Under the pieces are notes generated by a model. It saw nothing but the letters and a program-made list of their open reading frames with translations. It was not told where the DNA came from and did not search any database. Positions 39,501-50,500 of a DNA stretch of 64,000 nt are shown one piece after another (the stretch's first letter is position 1; every line of letters begins with the position of its first letter). The position numbers were made by a program, and so were the translations under genes. Source of the DNA: Lingula anatina (taxonomy: Eukaryota > Animalia > Brachiopoda); assembly GCA_051362555.1 (NCBI GenBank), contig CM120641.1, forward strand, positions 45,452,401-45,516,400, given 5' to 3'.

Positions 39501-42500
39501 TTTATGCTATAGAATTTCCATCTTGTTCAGTCATTTTAATGAAATTAGAATTATTTAAAAGTACACTGTTATCCATTTGGGATTTTAAAATCCTTAATCT
39601 ATATATATTATTAGTATTAAATGGAGGGTAATTTTTTATTTATTTATCTATTTTATATTTTTATTTATTTATTTGTTTTTATTTATAAAATTATTATTTA
39701 TTTTATTTTATTTTTTGATGCAGACAAAAGTCATAATATATTCATTGCATATTCTTGCAGCCAAGCTACAGATTGGCTATTCGTACTGAAGGAATGGTGG
39801 AAGATCTGGTGAAGAATCTGAACAGTGAGAACCAGGAGCTACAGATGCATTGTGCAAGTGCAATCTTTAAGGTGAGGAGGATTATACATAGATGAAAAGT
39901 GTAGAATAAAACTCTGTACTGGTTGCTGGGTGTTTATATGAACTGCTGGATAATTGATATTTCTGATTATTTTAAAGCAAATTAATACTAGTTTGAATCT
40001 TTTGAAGTTGTACCAAAAAGAAGAATCTAATAACAATAAATGAAATGAAATATAAAAATGAAATGAAGATTCAATGAAGTGAAATAAGTTATAACAGAAC
40101 ATTGTTTAACAATTCAGTGTGCAGAGGACAAGGAAACCAGAGATTTAGTGAGGCAATATGGAGGTCTAGACCCCCTTGTGAAATTGCTCCAGAGCACAGA
40201 AAACAAAGAACTCCTGGCAGCAGCCACTGGCGCCATCTGGAAATGTGCCATCAGCGATGAAAATGTCCTGCGTTTCCAAGAACTGAAAACAACTGACTAC
40301 CTGGTTGCTTTATTGAATGATCAACCAGAAGAGGTAAGCACATTCTGACTGAAGGATTCATCATTTGTTTTAAAAATCAGTTTCTTTTCTTTAAATTTTT
40401 TTCTTGGGAAGAAAATTCTGGATTTAAGTGCTTTTGAAAAGTGTTTTCAAAATTGATTTACAGTAATGTTAATTCAAAGACAATTTGATTTTTTATCAAC
40501 AAATTGTAGTCTTGTTATAAAATGGTATTGTTCTGCATATTTTAGATTATATATTAATTACTTCTAACCATATATGTCTTGTCAAATGTTCTAGGTATTA
40601 GTAAATGTGGTAGGTGCATTGGGAGAGTGTGCCAAGGATCCTCCAAACAGAATGGCCATTCGTAAAGCTGGTGGCATCCCACCACTGGTCAACCTGCTCA
40701 CTGGAACCAATCAGAAGCTACTTGTCAATGTCACCAAGGCAGTTGGGCAATGTGCCGAAGAGTCAGACAACATGGCGTAAGTCTTGGACAGATGTTAGAA
40801 CTTCAGCCGAAGTGATATTGTTGTTTTATTAATTTATTTGAGGAGAGATGTGAACTTTAATGAGAAACTGTACTTTTATTGGGTTCGAGTCATTTCAAAA
40901 CATTTTTCTTTTCTTTTTGTGTTTTTAAGGAAAAGATACTTGTTTTTTTGTTTGTTTTAGTATTTTACCGATACAGGATTTTACAGATACAGGACAATAT
41001 TTAAAATTTTATTGAAATTGCTAAATATGAATACATTTATTATATAACATAAGGTTATGCAATGTCCTTGAAAAATATCATTTCTTCATGGGGTTTGTCT
41101 CAGGAAAGCCAAATTCTTATTATACAATGGAAAGTAATTATGGCATTTCATAACTAAGAAAGCTGAAATTAGCACCTAAAATGTTCTTTCATAATTAGAT
41201 TTCCACATTTCCAGGATCATTGACAAGTTAGATGGAGTGCGCTTACTCTGGTCATTACTGAAGAACCCCAATCCAGAGGTCCAAGCCAGTGCGGCCTGGG
41301 CAATATGTCCCTGTATAGAAAATGCAAAGGTATGGGGAAAATCACATATGTAAAATAGGTTTGATTTCTGACAAAGGCATGTTGCACAAAATCTGCACGA
41401 ATTGAAGTAAAGCAAAGTATTAAAGTTTTTTTTAACATTAGGATGATTATGTACCAATTTTGATAAAATAATTTTGAAAAGAAATTTAGAGCTAGATATG
41501 TCACATTACCATATTGTTACTGGTATTTATGCAATGTTTCAAAAGAGAGTTTTTAATTATTTTCAGAGAAACTTGCTGGTGGTATCAATATTTTTTGTAA
41601 GAAGATACAAAACATTTTCTTGTCTTGATATGTTGTGATCATTAATGTAGTTACTCTGTTATTTCAAGTGTTACAATCTGTTATTATTATTTTAATGGTT
41701 ATTATTTTTACTATGTCCATAGGATGCTGGGGAGATGGTGAGGTCTTTTGTGGGTGGCCTGGAGCTTATTGTCAGCCTGCTGAAGTCAGAAGACAAGGAG
41801 GTCCTGGCCAGTGTGTGTGCCGCCATTGCTAATATTGCCAAAGACGAAGAAAACTTAGCTGTGATAACTGACCATGGTGTGGTGCCCATGTTAGCAAAAC
41901 TGACAGAAACAGTGAGTGAATTTGAATTTCATTCTGAGATAGGCAATGTTTAGCTCTTTGCTATTTTTTAAAAGGCATTATAATATTTTTTTACTGATAT
42001 CAGAATAATGATTGCTTTGTAAAATGCCTCATGATGCCAAGTTTAATTTGTGTAACCTGCAAAGAACTAGACACCACCTTTGGTAACAGTTCTTTTCAAA
42101 AAAATATCAATCCACAGTTAGTAAAATAGGATCTGGGAATGGTCCCTAAGTCTGTTACATAATTATACATTTTTCTATTAAATTTGCCCAGGTTGATGAC
42201 AGACTTAGACAACACTTAGCAGAGGCCATTGCCAGATGTTGCAGTTGGGGCAACAACAGGGTGGCCTTTGGCACGGCGAATGCTGTGGCCCCTCTGGTCA
42301 AGTATCTCAAGTCCAAACAGGTGGCCGTCCACCGTTCCACTGCAAAAGCTCTCTTCCAGCTCTCCAAGGACCCGGATAACTGTATAACCATGCACAATGC
42401 TGGAGTGGTCAAGGTATATTTGTAATGTACATTAGTTGTACATTTGTGTTTTTTCTGTTCCCTTTCCTTCTTGCAGTGCATGTTACTGTTTGTAACTCAT

Positions 42501-43567
42501 GGTCATAACTGCTGCATGGACCATCTGCTTTGTGTATTCCTGTTGTTAATGTTCGTTAATGATCTATATTTAAGATACGCGGAAAAGAATTCCTCTGATT
42601 TAATTTGTATATTGATGAAAGCAGATGCAATTCAAGTGATTATCGCAATTTGGCACATGCAATCTTTGATATAGATCGATACATCTAAAACCTTCTTGTC
42701 TGTCTGTTGTCTTTGTCCTTCTTCCTTTTTTTTTTTAATCTATGTATTTCATTAATCTTTCTTTTTTTTTTTTTTTTTTTTTGTAGATTTCTTCTCTTAG
42801 TTCTTGCTCCAACTGATCTTCCACTGTCTGCATGATGTGTGGGTCTTTTTTTTCATTTTCTGCTTTCTTGCAGCCACTTATGAATCTTGTCGGCTCTGCT
42901 GATGAATTGTTACAAGAAGCTGCCGCAGGGTGTATAGGAAACATCCGCAGACTTGCTCTGGCCAATGAGAAGGCTCGGAACTCTTAGCCAGTAACCAACC
43001 AGCTGTAATCTTTTATTTCTTTTTCTTCTTTTTAGTTAGGTCTCAACAAATCTGGTCTTTTTCTTTAATTAATTAATTAATTTATTTAATATTAAATTAT
43101 TGTATTGAGGTTGTGGTCCCTAAATGTCATAAATAGTTTGGGACCAACTCCATAAATGTGTTAAGAAATATATAAGATTCAACTAACTTTTAATTAGCTT
43201 AAGTGAATTATAACCATGTTATTTTATTAATTTTATATTTGAGAGAACTATACATGCTTCTTTATTTTATATTTAAATCATACAATTATTTGTATGTTTA
43301 ATATTATAAGAACTTTACTTGTTGAATACATTTTATCTCTGTCACCTCAAGTACATAGTTTCAGTTCAATTATTGTACATCATGAATATTTTGATATTAC
43401 TAAAAAAATTTTTCTATCATGATACATTATACAACTTTCCATTTTATTTCCAGTGTCTTATAGAAATGGTTGGTTCTGATGACACAGTATTACAAGAGGC
43501 AGCAGCAGGTTGCATAGGGAACATTAGAAGACTGGCCTTGGCTAATGAAAAAGCTAAGCACACTTGA
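33523..43567 (+). CDS. ODAD2: Outer dynein arm docking complex subunit 2 (armadillo repeat-containing protein 4), about 1061 aa, 19 coding exons
   Basis: Phase-consistent GT-AG exons: 33523-33746, 34124-34293, 34520-34745, 34999-35108, 35509-35654, 35891-36007, 36340-36575, 37132-37194, 37525-37678, 38026-38172, 38500-38709, 39148-39381, 39761-39871, 40118-40333, 40595-40776, 41215-41329, 41723-41911, 42192-42413, then 42874-42987 or 43454-43567. Diagnostic ARMC4 peptides: [87 protein letters not shown]. Confidence 0.96.
36801..36884. promoter_or_regulatory. Intronic RFX X-box pair enclosing two CCAAT boxes
   Basis: GTAACCATGACAAC (36801-36814) and GTTTCTATGGCTAC (36871-36884; reverse complement GTAGCCATAGAAAC) both fit GTHNYYATRRNAAC. 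ATTGG at 36835 and 36864. Confidence 0.65.
42874..42987 (+). CDS. ODAD2: ODAD2 alternative terminal exon A ([37 protein letters not shown])
   Basis: Long pyrimidine tract plus ttgcag acceptor, phase 0, 114 nt to TAG, paralogous to exon B. Confidence 0.85.
   Translation, partial: PLMNLVGSADELLQEAAAGCIGNIRRLALANEKARNS
43454..43567 (+). CDS. ODAD2: ODAD2 alternative terminal exon B ([37 protein letters not shown])
   Basis: tttccag acceptor, phase 0, 114 nt to TGA. Confidence 0.85.
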   Translation, partial: CLIEMVGSDDTVLQEAAAGCIGNIRRLALANEKAKHT

Positions 43568-43883
43568 TATGAGAAAGAATAGGGGAAAAAAACAAAAACG
43601 AGAAACCATGGAGGAAAATTTAGTTTGTGACAGTTTATTTTAACGGCACCCCCTCATTTCCAGCTCTGAGCATAATGGCACCTATTTATTGATCTGTGCA
43701 GCATTGTGGATTCCATTATCACATTTTTATCAGGAGTGGCAATCATGAACTGATAGTGATGGTGGACATTGCTCTTCATGAAAACAATAAGCTATCCTTA
43801 TAACCTTTTGAACATTAGTTCTTCACCTGCTGAGATATTTTAAAATCATGTTGTACATAATTTTGATACCAGGTTATAATGAA

Positions 43884-45514
43884 AATAAATAATAATAATA
43901 ATAATAATAATTTATTTTTCTATGGCGCATTCCATTAAAAATCTCAATGCGCCTTACAACATTCACTTAAAAGAGCTAAATAACACAATACTAATATAAG
44001 AACACATTACAATTTTAAAGGACTAAGAACTAATTTAAAGAACCAATTATTCGTATTCTAAAATGATAAGAACCTAAAGTGACAACATTTAAAATTAATC
44101 ATAAAATTACAGTACACCTTATTAAAAACTAAAATTAACTATATGATAGCTACTGATAGGCTATTCTAAAAATATGAGTTTTCAAAAGCTTTTTAAAAGT
44201 ATCTATGTCACCTGCTGCTCGTATTTCAGAGGGTAAAGTGTTCCAAACTTTGGGTGCATATATCATAAATGCCCTTTCACCGTAAAATTTACCAGCTTTT
44301 TTCTCTAAGACACTGTGTTCTAAAAGTAAATGACTAAAAGTTGAAGACCTGGTAACTCTTCCATGCTGATGTTGCTTCATAAGTTCTGAGATATAAAGTG
44401 GTTTATTCTCGGTGACTGCTTTAAAAATGACACATAAAATTTTAAATAAAATTCTCTCTCTTACTGGAAGCCAGTGAAGTTCCATCAAAACAGGTGTTAT
44501 ATGCTCTCGGCTATTCCATCCCATTTTAGTTACCAGCCTAGCTGCAGAATTTTGAATTAATTGAAGTTTGTTCAGATGATTTTTGCCTAAACCATATAAG
44601 AGACTGTTGCAATAATCAAGCTTAGAAGTAATGAAAGCATGGACTAGTTTTTCAGTTGAAGTTTTGTCCAGTAAGTCACGTATCTTACTAATTCGCCAAA
44701 GTGAGTATGATGCCGATTTGCAAATTTCAGAGATCCGTCTATCCATAGTTGCATACTGATCAAAGGTGACACCTAAATCTTTCACATAGCTAGATGGATT
44801 GATGTTGACACCACCGATACAAATATCAGATTTCATTGCATTTCCCCTGTCTGACTTAGACCTTGATGTAAACCATATTAGTTCAGTTTTTCCATCATTT
44901 AGTGCTAGCATGTTTGTTTTCATCCAATTTCGGATCTCAACTAGACAAGTTTCTATTGAGGTGATAGCCATGGAGCGATTACTTTCACTTGTGACATAAA
45001 TTTGAGTGTCATCAGCAAAAATGACAGTGTTGAGACCATGTTTAACTATAATGTCTTCTACTGGTAGCATATACAATGAAAAGAGCAATGGACCTAGCAC
45101 AGACCCCTGAGGGACACCATACTCTAAAATAGTGGGCTCTGATAGCAACGACTCAATTGACACCTTTTGTGTTCGATCTTTTAGATATGAGGTTAACCAA
45201 TTAAGTGCTAAATCTTTTACTCCAAATCGGTACTGTAGTCTGTGCAGAAGTATGTTGTGGTCAATGGTGTCGAATGCAGCAGACAGATCTAAAAGGACTA
45301 AAATAACATCTTTTTGTTTGTCTAAAGAAAGCATGATGTCATTATGAACCCTTAGGAGAGCTGTTTCTGTGCTATGTCCTTCTCTATAAGCTGATTGAAA
45401 CTTGCCATATAGACTGTTTTGAGCTAGATAGTTATTCAGTTGTATACATGCCATTTTCTCAAGAAACTTCCCTAAGAAGGGCAAGTTTGATATTGGTCGA
45501 TAATTTTTAAACAC
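43884..45514 (-). mobile_element. 5'-truncated non-LTR retrotransposon (L2/CR1 group LINE)
   Basis: Reverse transcriptase ORF, about 260-nt 3' UTR with stem-loop ggcgcatt...aatgcgcc (43924-43953), and (TTA)n tail at ~43886-43911. No endonuclease domain or ORF1. Confidence 0.93.
44150..45514 (-). CDS. LINE ORF2 fragment: reverse transcriptase and C-terminal region (454 codons, uninterrupted, no true start codon)
   Basis: Motifs NYRPISNLPFLGK, QSAYREGHSTETAL, LDLSAAFDTIDH, GVPQGSVLGPLLF, FADDTQIY, LDYCNSLLYG, LHWLPV. Confidence 0.9.
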   Translation of the reverse strand: MFKNYRPISNLPFLGKFLEKMACIQLNNYLAQNSLYGKFQSAYREGHSTETALLRVHNDIMLSLDKQKDVILVLLDLSAAFDTIDHNILLHRLQYRFGVKDLALNWLTSYLKDRTQKVSIESLLSEPTILEYGVPQGSVLGPLLFSLYMLPVEDIIVKHGLNTVIFADDTQIYVTSESNRSMAITSIETCLVEIRNWMKTNMLALNDGKTELIWFTSRSKSDRGNAMKSDICIGGVNINPSSYVKDLGVTFDQYATMDRRISEICKSASYSLWRISKIRDLLDKTSTEKLVHAFITSKLDYCNSLLYGLGKNHLNKLQLIQNSAARLVTKMGWNSREHITPVLMELHWLPVRERILFKILCVIFKAVTENKPLYISELMKQHQHGRVTRSSTFSHLLLEHSVLEKKAGKFYGERAFMIYAPKVWNTLPSEIRAAGDIDTFKKLLKTHIFRIAYQ

Positions 45515-47451
45515 TTTTTTTTTTAAATAAAAACTAAGTGTACATAATGATAGAGTAAGTTGTGGATAATGAATAGATCATCAGTTAGTTTCACAATTGC
45601 TTGCATAGATGTAACAGCAGTTAACAGTTTATCAGGAAGAAACTGCCCGTACAATTTCCGTGCTGTGTAGACACACCAGCTATGAAAGTGCTATTAATTG
45701 TGATAAATTGATACGATAAATTGGTAGAGAAAACACACGGAAAATTTTTTAAAATATATTATAGTATACAGAAATATTAGAGGCTCAAGTTGGATTCACT
45801 GACACACACACACAAACAAAAAAGTGGGATGAAATGGGGAAAAGGGAGATTATTGAAACTTTATACCTACTTGGGTTTATTTTCTTAGATCTATGATGAT
45901 TCTAGGATAAAAAAAAAATAGTTCTGCTGCCCACACCAGCTACGATGGTGCTGAAGTTTCAAAATTCGTCCTCTTCATTTAATCACACAAACTAAATTTG
46001 GTTAATTTTCTTAACTTCACAACCTGGGGATGCATTTTGATATTAAAATGTTATCAGAGACAATTGGGTCCCTAACCTATCTTTTTTCCCCTCCAGTGAC
46101 TAAATAACGAGATAAGAGGTTTAGCTTGATATTGATCGCTATCAGTCTCGTGACACTTATTCAGTATTGATAAACGTCACAAGTTATCCACTGTAGTTTT
46201 TTATAAACAGACGCCTTTTTTGTACAATTTTTGATGCCATTTGGCACATTCACTCCTCAAGTGTCTTTACTTCAAATTTTCAATTTGGTGAACACAGGTT
46301 CTTCTTCAAAATCAGCATGATCCGATTGATTTAACAAAAATTATTTTACAAATTGCACAATTTTGGTGATGTGAAGATAATGAAATCAAGAAAAACAGAA
46401 ATGAATCATTTAAGCTTTTGCATCCTTAAAACAAAGGAAAAAAGAAAGACAAGTAGAATTTAAATTAAATTGCTATTTCTGAAATAAACATCCCCAAGAA
46501 GACTTTAAAACTGTGACCATTTAGCGTTCGTGGTTACTGTGATGATATAAATTATATGCAAAGTAATATTAAACAGATAAAAAAAAAATTAACACAATGA
46601 AGTTTACATTTTTATTTTTATTCAAGCCATTTAAATGTATCACACTGGCTAGAAACAACAAATACTTATGTCTTCTAGGAAACATTCATTGTAAGTGAGT
46701 GATATTTAAAGTTCAAAAATTAACATTTCTTTTCACATGGGACACCTAAAGGTTGATCAAGACTAGAAAAAGAGAGATAACGCATCAGAATGAGAAGAAC
46801 AAGCTCTTTTGTTTAAAGTTGTTAAGAAAATACTACCCACTACCAGTAGCTTTGTAAATTTCTATACATTCACATATAAAAAATTCCCAAGAAATATATA
46901 TAGAATGTGCATGGAAAAGTAGTTTCTTTCACAAAAATAACTTTATCAGGGATTATACATGTACATGATTTGGAAATATAATTGGTCATTTAGATAGCAT
47001 TATTTTCTCTGAAATAGAATTATCATTATCTACTCACCATATAATATACAGTCACAATGCAAGAGACCTAATACTCAAAAATAGTTTTTCCAAGTACCCT
47101 GAACTGGTTTGGCCTTTCAGGAGTTTATTGCACTTCTTTAATGAAGATGCAGAGGCTTGATATAGAAATATAAGTTTACAGTTTGAATACAAAAAAGATC
47201 ACTTAAGTCAATGATTAACATATATCTATTTGATTACCAGATAATACTTTATTAAATTCACTCATGCAGGGTTTGAAGCTAGAATTTTTTTCTTAGCATG
47301 TTGGTTCACATATGAACTCTCATAAATTGTCCAAATCCTATTATTCAAAATATACACCTTCAGTATCTAGGCTACTTTTCAGAACCATGCCTTTCTAAAA
47401 CATTAAAAAAAAGTGACCAAAACAAAACAATAAGTGCTGCTCATCATTCTA

Positions 47452-47517
47452 CTATACTACTTCATATTCCTTCTTAATACTTCTAGCTAGGCAGGCAGCG
47501 AAGATTATTCCAATTAT
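47452..47517 (-). CDS. Tetraspanin terminal exon, distal (IIGIIFAACLARSIKKEYEVV*)
   Basis: ctttttcag acceptor, 66 nt, completes TM4, ends in a YxxPhi motif like CD63 GYEVM. Confidence 0.85.
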   Translation of the reverse strand: MIGIIFAACLARSIKKEYEVV

Positions 47518-50500
47518 CTGAAAAAGCAAACCAAAAATCCATAAACATACATCATATGCTACATAAACACACATCATATGCTACATTTGTCAGAGAGATG
47601 AAAATGCTTCACCAACGTTTGAACATAATCAGTTCATTTACAACGGACATTTATACAACATAGGATCAATTATGTAGAAGACATGGACTCAAAGTGGACA
47701 TTACTTTCCTACTTCAAATACATACTAATCCACATTAAACAAATGGTGTTTTAACACACCTTCTAGCCATTACAATGTATGTCTGTAACACTCTACCAGT
47801 ACAGCAAGTAGTTTTTCTATGAACAACAATTCCCAAGAGCATAGCAGTTCAAATTAATAAGGATGAGAGAAATTCCCTTGACGCTACAAATGATTATTTA
47901 GAAACAAAATTCCTTAATGTTCAGATTCAGTAGCAAAGTAAAACATTAAGGTTAACTATGCAGCAAAAAGAGTTTCATTTTCAAAGAATGCCACCAAGGA
48001 ATACTGGGACTGTAGGGCATTTTATTCCAATCTTATAATCCTTAAGATATCCACAGGGCTTTTAAATTACTAGGCATGATTATCCTCTATATTTCATATC
48101 TGTGTTGAATGTTGATTATCTCGTTTTCCCATCATCATTTGCAGGGAAGCAATTCCATGCAGGTCATGCAAATTTAACTTGAAGCCATTAGCTAGTTTTA
48201 GCTCCATTACCACTTTCGCCATGATGACAAAAATATAACTAGAGGATCAGAGAGGCGATACCGCCTCCGAATATTGTACCACCAGCTGGAGCAAGCGCAT
48301 TCGTATAGACCCCCACATACACAAAATAAGGGACACAGCCACCAGTTTTGTGCTTGACAAGCTGTAAAAATGCAATCAACAAGAATTTTTAAACTATTGC
48401 AAAAAATATATATGGTACAATCAAATTTAAGTTCTTCGTAAGGTAGGTCAAGGGTCAATTTCAAGGTCACAGTAAATTGCCAGTATATGACTTCCTATTC
48501 AAGTTCAAGAGTAACTATGGACCTATCTCTGTCAAGTTTGAAGTTAAAAGAGAAAGAAATTAGCAGAGTTCAGTTCATGATAAAAAGTAGGTCAAAGGTC
48601 AATTTCAAGGTCACATTTAGATTGCCAGTATATGACTTTCTATTCAAGTTCAATAGTAACTATGGACCTATCTCTGCCAGTTTTGGAGATAAAAGGGAAG
48701 CAAAATTTGCAAAGTTCAGTTTATGGTGAAAAGTAGGACAAAGGTCAATTTTAATGTCACATTTATAATGCCAGTATATGACTTCCTATTCAAGTTCAAT
48801 AGTAACTATGGACCTATCTCTGCCAGTTTTGGAGATAAAAGGAAAGCAAAATTTGCAAAATTCAGTTCATTGTGTAAAGTAGGTCAAAGGTCAATTTTAA
48901 GGTCACATTTAGATTGCCAGTATATGACTTCCTATTCAAGTTCAATAGTAACTATGGACCTATCTCTGCCAGTTTTGGAGATAAAAGGAAAGCAAAATTT
49001 GCAAAGTTCAGTTCATGGTGAAAAGTAGGTCAAAGGTCAATTTCAAGGTCACATTTAGATTGCCAGTATATGACTTCCTATTCAAGTTCAATAGTAACTA
49101 TGGACCTATCTCTGCCAGTTTTGGAGATAAAAGGGAAGCAAAATTTGCAAAATTCAGTTCATGGTGTAAAGTAGGTCAAAGGTCAATTTTAAGGTCACAT
49201 TTAGATTGCCAGTATATGACTTCCTTTTCAAGTTCAATAGTAACTATGGACCTATCTCTGCCAGTTTTGGAGATAAAAGGAAAGCAAAATTTGCAAAGTT
49301 CAGTTCATGGTGAAAAGTAGGTCAAAGGTCAATTTCAAGGTCACATTTAGATTGCCAGTATATGACTTCCTATTCAAGTTCAATAGTAACTATGGACCTA
49401 TCTCTGCCAGTTTTGGAGATAAAAGGAAAGCAAAATTTGCAAAATTCAGTTCATGGTGTAAAGTAGGTCAAAGGTCAATTTTAAGGTCACATTTAGATTG
49501 CCAGTATATGACTTCCTATTCAAGTTCAATAGTAACTATGGACCTATCTCTGCCAGTTTTGGAGATAAAAGGGAAGCAAATTTTGCAAAGTTCAGTTTAT
49601 GGTGAAAAGTAGGTCAAAGGTCAATTTCAAGGTCACATTTAGATTGCCAGTATATGACTTCCTATTCAAGTTCAATAGTAACTATGGACCTATCTCTGCC
49701 AGTTTTGGAGATAAAAGGGAAGAAAAATTTGCAAAGTTCAGTTCATGGTGAAAAGTAGGTCAAAGGTCACTTTCAAGGTCATAGGAAGATTGCCAGTATA
49801 TGACTTCCTATTCAACTTCAATAGTAACTATGGACCTATCTCTGCCAGTTTTGGAGATAAAAGGGAAGCAAATTTTGCAAAGTTCAGTTTATGGTGAAAA
49901 GTAGGTCAAAGGTCAATTTTAAGGTCACATTTAGATTGCCAGTATATGACTTCCTATTCAAGTTCAATAGTAACTATGGACCTATCTCTGCCAGTTTTGG
50001 AGATAAAAGGGAAGAAAAATTTGCAAAGTTCAGTTCATGGTGAAAAGTAGGTCAAAGGTCACTTTCAAGGTCATAGGAAGATTGCCAGTATATGACTTCC
50101 TATTCAACTTCAATAGTAACTATGGACCTATCTCTGCCAGTTTTGGAGATATAAGGGACTAAATGTTATAATTTTGGAGTTACCATAATGTGCCTTAAAT
50201 TTCGTACAGAAAAAATTAATTAAAATAAAGAAAATGTCATTTTGGTCAAAATTCTTGAAATAGGAGGTGCTCTGAAGTTTCAGAAGTTCAAATTTGATGA
50301 AATAATGTCATTTTTGAACACAAGTTGTCTGCTTTGCCAAGCCTTATGTTTTATTTTTCCAGAGTTCAAAATTTATTATCCATTACCGTACTGCACATTT
50401 TGCTTTTACCACTAATATGTACTTTTTGATACAGCGTAACTCGAAAACCGTATGGAATACAAAAAAACCGAGACCACTTCCAGTGTTGGGCTTTACATGC

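Noticed and set aside
45005-45020. FADD instead of YADD in the LINE reverse transcriptase as an inactivating change
   Set aside because: Phe at this position occurs in active non-LTR reverse transcriptases such as L1.
45660-46545. Possible transposon remnant (acaccagcta motif twice)
   Set aside because: Matches are too short and degenerate to define ends.
48487-49612. Repeated 101-aa ORFs
   Set aside because: Artefacts of the 146/292-bp satellite.
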